Assembly (NCBI GenBank): GCA_963813155.1
Contig: CAWEYG010000003.1
Span: forward strand, 416,001 to 480,000
Reading direction: 5' to 3'
From: an uncultured Acidobacteriota bacterium
GTDB taxonomy: Bacteria; Acidobacteriota; Thermoanaerobaculia; UBA5066; DATFVB01
Length of the DNA: 64,000 bases
Both the position numbers and the translations under genes were made by a program. How positions within the stretch are numbered: the stretch's first letter is position 1; the number at the start of each line of letters is the position of its first letter. Of this stretch, positions 32,986 through 43,045 are shown piece by piece. Below the pieces are notes generated by a model that was not told the origin of the DNA, searched no databases, and saw nothing but the letters and a program-made list of their open reading frames with translations.

Positions 32986-34824
32986 ATGTCCAGCGTTTTG
33001 ACCTCGGAAGGGCTCGTCGCCGCGTCCCGCCCCGAAAAGCCGATCGTGAACGACTTTTCCATTCAGGTGGCCACCGCGAACGGCTCCGGTTCTCAATCGT
33101 CGAACAACATCCTGATGCGGGCCATCCACCAGATGGGCATTCCCGTGTCGGGGAAAAACCTCTTCCCTTCGAACATCCAGGGGTTGCCGACCTGGTTCAC
33201 GATCCGGACTTCGAACAAGGGGTACGTCGCCCGGCGCCGCGACGTTCAGGTGCTCATCTGCATGAACCCCGAAACGGCGCAGGAAGACGTCCGGACCGTC
33301 GCGCCGGGAGCCGCGGTCGTCTACGAGGAATCGCTCAAGCTCGACGCGTTGCGATCCGACCTGGTCTACTATCCCGTCCCATTCTCGAAGCTCATCCTCG
33401 AGCTCTGCGCCGACGGCAAACTCCGCCGGCTCGTCGTCAACATGATCTACGTCGGAGTCGCCGGGTGGCTTCTCGGCCTCGATCCCGCCGAGATCGCCGA
33501 AGCGACCCGGAAGCAGTTCAAGGGCAAGGCGAAGGCGGTCGACCTGAACATCGGCGCGATCCACGGGGGCTGGAAGTGGGCCGCCGAAAACCTCCAGAAG
33601 AAGGACCCGTTCTACCTGGAACGGATGGACCTGACCCGGGGAAAGATCATCCTGGACGGCAACGCCGCCGCCGCCATCGGGTGCATGTTCGCCGGGGTGA
33701 CCTGCGTCACCTGGTACCCGATCACGCCGTCCTCCTCGCTCGTCGAGTCCCTGATCGACTACATGAAGGAGTACCGGATCGATCCCGAGACCGGGAAGGC
33801 AACGTTCGCGATCGTCCAGGCCGAAGACGAGCTGGCCGCCCTGGGAATGGTCCTCGGCTCTTCGTGGGCGGGCGCCCGCGCGATGACGGCGACGTCCGGG
33901 CCGGGCATCTCCCTCATGGGAGAGTTCGTCGGCCTCGGCTATTACGCCGAGATTCCCGCGGTCATCTTCGACATCCAGCGCGTCGGCCCCTCGACCGGCC
34001 TTCCGACGCGGACGATGCAGGGGGACATCCTCTCCACGTACTTCCTTTCTCACGGCGACAAGAGCCACGTGCTGCTCATCCCTTCTTCGATGCTCGAGTG
34101 CTACTCGATGTCGATCGAGGCGTTCGACCTGGCGGAAAGGCTCCAGACTCCGGTGTTCGTCATGTCCGACCTCGACCTCGCGATGAACAACTGGGCGAGC
34201 GATCCGTTCCCGTACCCCGACAAACCGCTCGACCGGGGCAAGGTCCTCGACGCCGAGGGCCTCACCGAGCGAAACGGCTTTGCCCGCTACCGCGACGTCG
34301 ACGGAGACGGAATCCCGTACCGCACGCTGCCGGGCACGAAACACCCGCTCGCGGCTTACTTCACCCGGGGATCGGGCCACACGGACAGGGCCACGTATTC
34401 GGAGCGGCCGGAAGACTACATCGCGATCATGGACCGGCTCGCCCGCAAGCACGACACGGCGAGATCGCTCGTCTCCAAGCCGGAGATTTTCAACGGATCG
34501 AAAACGCCGATCGGGATCGTCGCGTTCGGGTCCTCGCACCACGCCGTGCAGGAAGCTCGCGACCTGCTCCGGGAGAAGGGCATCGAGACGAACTATCTCC
34601 GGATCAAGGCTCTCCCCTTCCAGCAGGAGATCCTGGACTTCATTCTCGCGCACGAAAGGGTCTACGTCGTGGAGCAGAACCGCGACGCGCAGATGAAGAG
34701 TCTCCTGACGATCGAGCTCGGCGCCGAAAGCGCCCGGCTCCGGCCGGTCCTGCACTACAACGGACTTCCCCTCGACGCGCAGTCGGTCGTCGAGGGAGTC
34801 GAGCTCGGAGAGGTGAAACTGTGA
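32986..34824 (+). CDS. 2-oxoacid:ferredoxin oxidoreductase subunit alpha
   Basis: VATANGSGSQS, WYPITPSSS, QAEDELAA, TATSGPGISLM, QRVGPSTGLPT; AAGGAG RBS before ATG 32986. Confidence 0.93.
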   Translation: MSSVLTSEGLVAASRPEKPIVNDFSIQVATANGSGSQSSNNILMRAIHQMGIPVSGKNLFPSNIQGLPTWFTIRTSNKGYVARRRDVQVLICMNPETAQEDVRTVAPGAAVVYEESLKLDALRSDLVYYPVPFSKLILELCADGKLRRLVVNMIYVGVAGWLLGLDPAEIAEATRKQFKGKAKAVDLNIGAIHGGWKWAAENLQKKDPFYLERMDLTRGKIILDGNAAAAIGCMFAGVTCVTWYPITPSSSLVESLIDYMKEYRIDPETGKATFAIVQAEDELAALGMVLGSSWAGARAMTATSGPGISLMGEFVGLGYYAEIPAVIFDIQRVGPSTGLPTRTMQGDILSTYFLSHGDKSHVLLIPSSMLECYSMSIEAFDLAERLQTPVFVMSDLDLAMNNWASDPFPYPDKPLDRGKVLDAEGLTERNGFARYRDVDGDGIPYRTLPGTKHPLAAYFTRGSGHTDRATYSERPEDYIAIMDRLARKHDTARSLVSKPEIFNGSKTPIGIVAFGSSHHAVQEARDLLREKGIETNYLRIKALPFQQEILDFILAHERVYVVEQNRDAQMKSLLTIELGAESARLRPVLHYNGLPLDAQSVVEGVELGEVKL

Positions 34825-35864
34825 GCAGCGTCACGGAACCCAAAGCCCCGCCCACGAATCGAATCGGCCTGACCGTCAAGGAATACGGAGGCCTGAAATC
34901 CACCCTTTGCGTGGGATGCGGACACGACGTCATCACGAAGCAGATCACGCAGGCCTTCTTCGACATGGGCGTCGAGCCCCACCGGGTCGCGAAGCTGTCG
35001 GGGATCGGCTGTTCTTCGAAGACGACGGCGTATTTCGTGGAGCGCGGGCACGGATTCAACGCGGTTCACGGCCGGATGCCCGCGGTCGGCACGGGCGTGA
35101 TGCTCGCGAACAGGACCCTGCTGTCGATCGGCGTCTCGGGCGACGGCGACACGGCCTCGATCGGCGCCGGCCAGTTCGTCCACCTGCTGCGCCGGAACAT
35201 CCCGATGATCTATGTCGTCGAAAACAACGGCGTGTACGGCCTCACGAAGGGCCAGTTCTCCGCGACCGCCGACCTCGGCTCGAAGCTCAAGACGGGCGTC
35301 GTCAACGACCTTCCCGCGATCGACCTGTGCGGCCTCGCGATCGAGCTCGGCTGCTCTTTCGTCGCTCGGTCCTTTTCGGGCGACATGAAACAGCTCGTGG
35401 CCCTGCTGAAAGCCGCGATCGCCCACCGGGGCACCAGCCTGCTCGACGTGATCTCGCCCTGCGTCACGTTCAACAACCACGAGGGATCGACGAAATCGTA
35501 CAAGTGGTCCAAAGACCACGAAGAAGCGATCGAGGACATCACGTTCGTCCCGTATTTCGAAGACGTCAAGATCGAGCAGACGCCCGGCGAAGTGCAGGAA
35601 GTCGAGATGCACGACGGCTCCAAGCTGCGCCTGAAAGCGCTGCGCGCCGACTACGACCCGACGAACAAGTTGAAAGCCGTCGAGCTGCTCCACGACTCGC
35701 GCGAAAAACAGGAGTTCCTGACCGGGCTGATCTACATCAACGAGAAGACGCCCGACTTCCTCACGCAGCTCAACATGGTGGACGAGCCGCTCGCGACGCT
35801 GCCGGACTCGAAGACGCGCCCGGGCCGCGAGGCGCTCGACGCGATCATGAAAGAGCTCACTTAG
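34821..35864 (+). CDS. 2-oxoacid:ferredoxin oxidoreductase subunit beta
   Basis: GTGA overlap with the alpha stop; STLCVGCGH, SGIGCSSK, VHGR, SGDGD (TPP motif), NNGVYGLTKGQFS. Confidence 0.93.
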   Translation: MSSVTEPKAPPTNRIGLTVKEYGGLKSTLCVGCGHDVITKQITQAFFDMGVEPHRVAKLSGIGCSSKTTAYFVERGHGFNAVHGRMPAVGTGVMLANRTLLSIGVSGDGDTASIGAGQFVHLLRRNIPMIYVVENNGVYGLTKGQFSATADLGSKLKTGVVNDLPAIDLCGLAIELGCSFVARSFSGDMKQLVALLKAAIAHRGTSLLDVISPCVTFNNHEGSTKSYKWSKDHEEAIEDITFVPYFEDVKIEQTPGEVQEVEMHDGSKLRLKALRADYDPTNKLKAVELLHDSREKQEFLTGLIYINEKTPDFLTQLNMVDEPLATLPDSKTRPGREALDAIMKELT

Positions 35865-38770
35865 AACGACACCCTCATCGCGACGCGAAAGAGCCGCGGG
35901 TCCTGGCGCGCGGTGATCTTGCCGTAGTTCGCGTTGTTCGACGCGACGGAGGAGTCGAACAGACTGGCGGGGTACCCCGGGGGCGGGTGCGTCGTGTAGT
36001 TCTGGTCCTCGCTGATCGCGATCTGGTTGTTGAAGAGGTTGAACACGTACCCCTGGAGCGTGGCGGTGAGGGGCCCCAGCTGGACCGGATAGGCGAGGGT
36101 CAGGTTCGCCTCCCAGAGCGTTGGAAGGCGTCCGGCGTCTCCTCTCGGCACGAGCTGAATGACGGGAGGGTAGCTCGAGGCGAAGTACCCCAGCTTTTCG
36201 AGCGGCGCTCCCGACTGCGCGTAGCCCTGAAGGCCAACGAGCAGCCCGAAGGGCAAGCGGTAGCTCGCGTCCGCGCGAAAGGCGTTCGGCCGGTCGAGAA
36301 AGAGCTTCCCATAGGAGTTGTGCGTCGAGAGCTGCGGATAGTCGAAGTCGAACGAGACACCCGGATTCGTTTCGCCCGAAGCCTCGCTCACTTCTCCATC
36401 GTAATTGCCCCGAAGTGAGGAACGGACGTACGAAGCCTGAAGCCATAGCCGATCCGCGACGCTCTTTCGGACCAGGAGCTCGACTCCTCGATACAGCCGG
36501 CGAGCGGCCGGCGTCGCCGGCGCGCCCTGCTGGCACTCTTCGGCGTCGCCATCCAGGCCGTTGCAGCCGTAGAAATCGCCGCTTGCGTATTTTCCACCGG
36601 AGCCTGGATTGACGATGGCGCACCCGGAATTCCCGTTCTCGGGCAGGTTGAAATCCAGGTCGCAGCGGCTTTCGATCGCGCGGCCGAGCCGTCGATATGT
36701 CCCTTTCACTCCGACGGCGAACGTCGGATCGAGCAGCGTCTCGAACCCCAGGGTCAGCTCGTCCTGATAGATCCCCTTGAGCCCGTGATCGACGAGGTCG
36801 CCGCCGGTCGGCGAGAGTGACGCGGTCCCGTGCCCGATGACATCGGGGTTCTGCGTCTTGTCCACCGGGTCGAAGTTGTACGTCGTTTCGCGAACGATCG
36901 GCGAAGTGAACGCGCCGATGTCGGTCGGGAGCGAGTAGTAAAACCGGCCCGCCGATGCGTAAAACTTCATTCGGCCGGTGCGGCTCGGGTCCCAGACGAC
37001 TCCCAGGCGCGGCTGCCACTCCGCGGTCGTCTTGAAGAGCGACGATCCCTGAACGTCGAGCAGGTTCTCCTCGTCCCACCGCAGTCCGGCGTTTACCGTC
37101 AATCCCGGTCCCGCGCTCCATGAGTCCTGAATGTAGAGGCTCTCGTCGATGTGGTGCGGACGGGCGATGGCATCAGCCGGCGTGGGGTCGGAGGGGCTCG
37201 CGGCAATGAAATTGTGGCTGTAATAGGTCTGGCCGAATTCGTTGTACCGCTCGACTTGCTGGCCTCCCGTGTAGCCGGTGACCAGAGTGGACATCGAGTC
37301 CTGATAGTCGCCGCCGGCCCGGATTTGATGATTGCCGAAATAGAAATCCAGGTCCGCTCGCAATTGATCCCGGCGAGAGGAATTCCGCTGATGAGGGCCG
37401 CCGACGATCCCCATTCCGCCCGAGGCGAAATTGGGCGAGACCGGCGAGTTGCATGGAAGCTGCGGGGTTCCACCGGCGCAGGTCCAGTCCTCGAAGCGGA
37501 CCGCGGCTCCCGGCCCCGACGGAAAAAGCTCGAAGCGGTCCCGGTGACGGGCCGCCTGCACTTCGAGAACTCCGACGGACCCCACGAGCCGACTCACGCG
37601 AAGACCGCCGTCCGTTCCTCCGATCTCGCGCCGCGACTGCCACGTTCCGGGATCCGGGCTCGAGATGAGGCCGTTGACCGTGCCGGCTCGAGCGGCGCCC
37701 GTGACCTCGGAGGGATCGGAGAACGCGGTTGCGACGAGTGTCGTTCCGGAGGCCGGGCTCCAGGTCAACTTTCCCGAGGCGAGGCTGTCGGTCTGGTCGC
37801 GGGGAAATTGAAGACTATCCGGAACCGCCTTGCTCGAGACGTATCGTGAAGTCGTTCCCGGAGTATCGACGCGGTCGTACGCCCCGAAGAACCAGAGGCG
37901 ATCCTTCACGAGGGACCCGCCGAGATCCGCGCCGAAATCCGCGCGACGGGTCGGAGTGAGACGCATGCCGGTCAGGGAATCCCTCTCGGTCACCACCTGC
38001 GCGGCGGTGGTGTCCTGGGAATCGAGATACAGGAACGCATCGCCGTGGAAAGCGTTCCCTCCGGACTTCGTGACCACGTTGACGATGCCCCCGAGCGCCC
38101 GACCGTACTCGGCCTGGTAACCGCCGGTCATGACCTCCACTTCTTCGATGAACTCGTTGTTGAGGGCCTTTCCCTGGAATCCCTTGATGACGTTGGTCGT
38201 GTTGATCCCGTCGACGATCCACTGGTTCTCGACGGAGGTCGCCCCCGAGATCGTGAGCGCGAGCGCGCGACCCTGCATCTCGCCGTTGTCCTGACTGACT
38301 CCCGGAGTGGAGCGCACGATGTCGGCGTAGTTGCGCTGCACGGGCAGCCCGGCGATGACCCGGCTCGTATAGGTCGTCCCGCTCGTCGTCGAGGTCGTGT
38401 CGACGAGCGGAGAATCGCCGGAAACGACGATCCCTTCCTTCGCGGCGAGCTGGAGAGTCAGGTCGGCGGTCGCCGTGCCATCGAGTGTTACCGTGGCGTT
38501 TTTTTCCGCGGACCGAAAGCCCGCGAGCCGCGTCTCGATGCGATACATGCCGGGCGGAAGGGCCGGGATCCTGTACACGCCGCCGCGGTCGGTCGCCGTC
38601 GTGCGGACCCCCTGCAGGCTCGGGCTCGTCGCGGCGACGGAAACACCAGGCAGCGGAGCCCCGGCAGTGTCGGTGATTCGACCCTCGATCGAGCCCGTTG
38701 TTTGCGCGCGAACGCCGCGGACGGCAAGAAGAGAGGTCAGAACGACGAGCGCGAGAAGGCGACGCGTCAC
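35861..38770 (-). CDS. Oar-like TonB-dependent receptor with carboxypeptidase-regulatory-like N-domain
   Basis: GTG at 38770, signal peptide, QTTGSIEGRITD...LPPGMY, VDGINTT, GGYQAEYGRALGGIVNVVTKSG, YIQDSW, PRLGVVWD; terminal RVSF. Confidence 0.9.
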   Translation of the reverse strand: MTRRLLALVVLTSLLAVRGVRAQTTGSIEGRITDTAGAPLPGVSVAATSPSLQGVRTTATDRGGVYRIPALPPGMYRIETRLAGFRSAEKNATVTLDGTATADLTLQLAAKEGIVVSGDSPLVDTTSTTSGTTYTSRVIAGLPVQRNYADIVRSTPGVSQDNGEMQGRALALTISGATSVENQWIVDGINTTNVIKGFQGKALNNEFIEEVEVMTGGYQAEYGRALGGIVNVVTKSGGNAFHGDAFLYLDSQDTTAAQVVTERDSLTGMRLTPTRRADFGADLGGSLVKDRLWFFGAYDRVDTPGTTSRYVSSKAVPDSLQFPRDQTDSLASGKLTWSPASGTTLVATAFSDPSEVTGAARAGTVNGLISSPDPGTWQSRREIGGTDGGLRVSRLVGSVGVLEVQAARHRDRFELFPSGPGAAVRFEDWTCAGGTPQLPCNSPVSPNFASGGMGIVGGPHQRNSSRRDQLRADLDFYFGNHQIRAGGDYQDSMSTLVTGYTGGQQVERYNEFGQTYYSHNFIAASPSDPTPADAIARPHHIDESLYIQDSWSAGPGLTVNAGLRWDEENLLDVQGSSLFKTTAEWQPRLGVVWDPSRTGRMKFYASAGRFYYSLPTDIGAFTSPIVRETTYNFDPVDKTQNPDVIGHGTASLSPTGGDLVDHGLKGIYQDELTLGFETLLDPTFAVGVKGTYRRLGRAIESRCDLDFNLPENGNSGCAIVNPGSGGKYASGDFYGCNGLDGDAEECQQGAPATPAARRLYRGVELLVRKSVADRLWLQASYVRSSLRGNYDGEVSEASGETNPGVSFDFDYPQLSTHNSYGKLFLDRPNAFRADASYRLPFGLLVGLQGYAQSGAPLEKLGYFASSYPPVIQLVPRGDAGRLPTLWEANLTLAYPVQLGPLTATLQGYVFNLFNNQIAISEDQNYTTHPPPGYPASLFDSSVASNNANYGKITARQDPRLFRVAMRVSF

Positions 38771-41356
38771 TTGAGGCCGGTCACGAGATACAGGTCGGAC
38801 GGTATGTTCAAGAAGGAGTACGCGTACGAGTTGCCGTCGGGAGTCATCGCGAAAGTGCTCCCCACGAACGCCGCTCGATCTGAGGGAATGATCTCGCGAC
38901 AGAGCGCCCTCCCGCCCGTCGCCAGATCGAGGCGGAAGACTCTCAGGGCCCGGTCCTTCCACCCGGAAGGACCTCCGGAGTTACCGACGAAAAGGCCGCG
39001 ACCGTCGGAGCTCCAGAGCAGCGCGCCTTCTCTTCCCGTCTCGAACCCCGGAATCGGGCGGGACCCGCCGCTGTCGATCGACTCGATGATCCCCTCGCCC
39101 TTCGGGCCGGTGCAGGCCGCTTCTCGCCCGTCCGGCGAGATGGCCCCGCAGGCCACTCCCTCCGGCGCGATCGCGCGAAGACTGCCGGTTGGCAGATCCT
39201 CGACATAGCTTCGGCGTCGGTGTCCCGGGTCCGCGGCGACGAGCAGAATCCGCTTTCCGTCCGGAGAGAAAGCGGCGTCTTCGAACAGGTGACCTTCCGA
39301 CTCGAGGGCTCTCGGTTCCCCGGCTCCGGTCGGCAGCAGCACCGTCGGGGACCCCTGGCCTGCGGCGTTCGCGGCGACCCATTGGCCGTCGGGAGAAATC
39401 GCCATCGCCCTTCCTTCGCCGATTCGTTTGGCCGGAGAGCCGTCCATCGGGCGGACATAGATCGTATGAAAATAACCTTCACTCCCCTCGTCGAACAGCA
39501 TCGTCTTCCCGTCGGGAGTCAAACCCCTCACGAGCGATCCCTCATGCCACGAAAGATCCCGTTCCTGAGTCTCGCCGGGCCCCCGTCCCCGGGTGGTCCA
39601 GCGCAGGGCGACGAGCGACACGAGGGCCTTCCCATCGCGAGAAACGTCCTGGAGCTCGATCCACGTCGGCAACCGCATCACGAGTCGCAGCTTGCCCGCC
39701 AATGTGACGGCGTAGATCGGCGTTCGCCATCCCCGCTCGTTCGCGCTGAACCAGACTTCGCCGCCGTCCGGCGACCAGGCGAGCCCCATCCCTCGTTTCC
39801 ACCCGTGCGAAAGGACGCTGTGTTTGCCCGCGAGATCCACCATGTCGACGGAGACGTCCGGATTCCGAAGCAGGAACGCGAGTCGATCGCCTGCCGGAGA
39901 GAAACGAAGCGCTTCAATCCAGCCTTTCGTTTCGAAGAGGACCTTGCCTATCGGAAACTCGAGACGACTCGTCTTGCCGACGGTCCGAACGATCGCGAGA
40001 CCCTTGCCGTCGGGAGACCAGTCGGCGGTCGCCACGTTCTCGGTCATCTCCCGCGGCGCTCCGCCCGCGAGGGGCGCGCGAGCGAGCGTGCCCGCCCATG
40101 AGTTGATCGGGAGCAGCGGACGCCCCAGAAGCATCGCAATTTCTCCGCCGGAGGAGACGGAAACGACGTCCGCGTCGGCAACGTCCAGTCGGGTCGAGTC
40201 ACGGCCGTCCGTTCGCGTCGAGTAGAGACGGATCGGATCGCCCTCCCATCCCGCCCCATAGACGATCGTGCGGCCGTCGGGCGCGAAGCGCGCGGATTTG
40301 ACGGTCCCGCGGCGAAACGTGAGTCGCTGATAGTCGGGGGCCGACCCTCTGGCGGCGCGTCTCCCGAGGAAGAAGACTCCGATCACGCCGGCAAGCACGG
40401 CCGCTGGCACCCACAATCGAGAGAAGAGAAGGCGCCGCGGCGCGACGATGGCTGGATCCGTGCCGGAGATCTCGCCCGCGTGTTCCCGGACGGTCGAGAG
40501 ATCGTGGGCGAGATCGCGGGTCGCCGCGTAGCGTTCTTTCGGATCCTTGGCCAGGCACCGTTCGATCACCCATTGAAGTGGCAGAGGGGCCTTCGAAGCG
40601 CGAAGCGCGGCGGAGTCGGCCGGTTTCTCGATGATCGCCGCGAGCGTCTGGGGCTTGCTCGGCCCCACGAACGCACGGGTTCCTGTCGCCATCTCGTAGA
40701 GCATCGACCCGAGCGCGAACTGGTCCGAGCGGAAATCGACCGGGCTCCCCGCGGCCTGCTCGGGCGACATGTACCCGACAGTCCCGAGGACGACTCCGTC
40801 GTCGGTGAGATCGGTGATCGTCGTTTCGGCGTCGGACGCGCCTCCCTCGGAGGCAAATTGTTTGGCGAGACCGAAGTCGAGAATCTTGGCGCGGCCGTCT
40901 TTCGAGATCATGACGTTTTCGGGCTTGAGGTCCCGATGCATGATTCCCGCTTCGTGCGCTCGCGCGAGGCCGGAAGCGACCTCGCAGGAAATCTCGAGAA
41001 TCTGTTTCACGGGAATCGGGCCCGACGCGAGCATCGCCCGCAGCGTCCTTCCCTCGATGAGCTCCATGGCGATGTAGGGGACCGAGTCGACACGGCCGAC
41101 GTCATAAACCGCGACGATATTCGGGTGGTTGAGGGCCGACGCCGAGCGCGCCTCTCTCTCGAACCGATTCGCCCGACGGGGGTCGGACTGGAATTCGTCG
41201 GGCAGAATCTTGAGAGCTACGTCTCGCGCGAGACGAGTGTCGCGAGCCCGGTACACCTCGCCCATGCCGCCGGAGCCGAGATGTACGAGGATCTCGTAGG
41301 GTACCGAAACGAGCTCCTGTCAAATCGCGACGCGCGCCCGTTCCACGCGAGACCAT
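38767..41356 (-). CDS. Membrane Ser/Thr kinase with TolB/PD40-like beta-propeller (apparent +1 frameshift near 41302)
   Basis: ATG at 41356 overlaps the upstream TGA; G(P)[46 protein letters not shown] repeats. Paralog of 22634..25199. Confidence 0.9.
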
Positions 41357-42004
41357 CAGCGACTCAGGGCGGACTCCGTCGAGACGCCTCCCTCATAACG
41401 CCGAATGGTCATTTCCACGGTTCCGATCTTCACCCGGCTGCCGTCGGAGAGGGCCTGTGTGGAAGTCAGGCGACGGCCGTCGAGGAACGTGCCGTTCTTG
41501 CTGCCGAGGTCTTCGATCGTCGCACTCGCGCCGGAAACCACGATCCTCGCATGGCGTCGGGAAACGCTGTAGACGTTCGATCCAGGCGACGGCATCATGA
41601 TCTCGCCCGAGAACGTTGACGCCTTCCTGGAGGGTGATTTCCCGGTCGGACCAGTTCAGCCGGAAGACCGGCGATTCGGATGTCCGTTCGGACTCGCCCT
41701 TCTCGCTCGCCTCTCCCGCGAAGGCGTAACCGAAGCCATGAACGGTTCGGATGAATCGAGGGTTCTTCGCGTCGTCGATCGCCGAACGGACCTCGGCAAC
41801 AAGACTCGTCAAGGTTCCATCGGCCACGAAGGTCCCCGGCCAGAGGCGATCATGAATGGCGGCTTTGGAGAGAGCGGTCGGCCGGTTCCGCACGAGGATC
41901 TCGAGAAAACCGAAGGCCTTCGGGGTCAGATGCCTGGCGGCGCCCCGGACGAACAACTCCCGTGCTTCGGTGTCGAGCCTGCACTGTCCAAACTCGATTG
42001 TCAT
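41356..42004 (-). CDS. Winged-helix (OmpR/CadC-type) plus FHA-domain transcriptional regulator (apparent frameshift near 41575)
   Basis: MTIEFGQCRLD...LTPKAFGFLEILV...LWPGTFV...FIRTVHGFGYAF, then FHA motifs VLGRD, SVSRRHARI and EDLGSKNGTF. Confidence 0.88.
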
Positions 42005-42010
42005 TCTCGC

Positions 42011-42043
42011 CCCCGGAAAAATCCCGGAAATTTCCCGGCTTTC
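42011..42043. promoter_or_regulatory. Three direct repeats at 11-bp period in a divergent promoter (putative wHTH operator)
   Basis: CCCCGGAAAAA / TCCCGGAAATT / TCCCGGCTTTC; CCCGG cores at 42012, 42023 and 42034. Confidence 0.55.
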
Positions 42044-42108
42044 TCCAACGACATCTCTGGGGAAAAAGCGCACCGTGATTATCGCGCAAAACCGTGAAGG
42101 AGGGATCG

Positions 42109-42613
42109 ATGAAGGCAAAAACGGGAAAGGTCGCTCGCTATCGTTTTCAGAGGGGTGGGACCATCGTGGCAGCGGGGATTTTTCCTCTCCTTGGGCCTCG
42201 TGCCGCTCTTCTCCTCTTGTTCCGACAGCTCGAGCCCGACGCAATCCAAAGGAACTCCCCAGATCACCGACGTCGATACGTTGGGCTTCGATCCGGTGGG
42301 CTACACAACTGTCATCACGGTCGAGCACATGGTCGTGGAACCCGGGGGTACCGTGGGTCCGATCGCCGTACCGTGCGGCACGTACTGGAACGGGGCAATC
42401 ATCGCCAAGGGAGGCGATTTTCCTTACACCTACGCGGGGTCGAGCCTGCCCGCCGGGATGACCGTCAGTTTCAATAACGGCCAGCTGTCGTGGACGGCCC
42501 CCTGCGCCGTCGCAGGCCAGACCTTCAACGCAACCCTCACCGTCACGGACAAACGCCAGGCGCGATCCCCGGCGGTCACCGCCTCGTTCCTCGTTCAGTC
42601 CTCCGGAAACTGA
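42109..42613 (+). CDS. Putative lipoprotein with Ig-like (He_PIG-like) domain (apparent frameshift near 42180)
   Basis: Strong RBS and ATG at 42109 (MKAKTGKVARYRF...), joining LSLGLVPLFSSC-SDSSSPT across a T-run; GGDFPYTYAGSSLPAGMTV...GQLSWT...TLTVTD. Confidence 0.65.
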
Positions 42614-42657
42614 TCGAGAGGCGGAAAGGAAATTCGATTGATGTCGAGGAGGAATCG

Positions 42658-43045
42658 ATGAAAGCAAATCGAAGATCGGGCGGCTCGCACTGAGCACCGC
42701 TGGCCCCTGCACGCCGAGCGCAGAGGACCTGTGCCTGCTCTCCAGCCGCTTCAAAGTTTCGGTGAACTGGATCGATCAGCATTCCGGAGAGCTCTCCGGG
42801 ACCGGCACGACCCTCCCCTCTCCGACGGCAGCGGCTCATTCTGGTTCTTCCGGCCCGATTGGGCCGAGCTCACTGTCAAGCTCATCGACGGGCGAGGCAC
42901 GAACGGGAAATTCTGGTTCTTCTACGGGGCGCTTTCGGATCTGGAGTACACGATCACCGTGACCGACACGACGACCGGAACGGTCCGGACCTACCACAAC
43001 GATCCCGGCAACATCTGCGGCGGTGCGGACACAAAAGCGTTTTAG
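42658..43045 (+). pseudogene. Internally deleted paralog of the Vgb-like gene (leader plus C-terminal module only)
   Basis: RBS and ATGAAAGCAA are followed out of frame by KIGRLALSTAGPCTPSAEDLCLLSSRFKVSVNW...ICGGADTKAF*, a diverged copy of 44039..44413. Confidence 0.7.
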
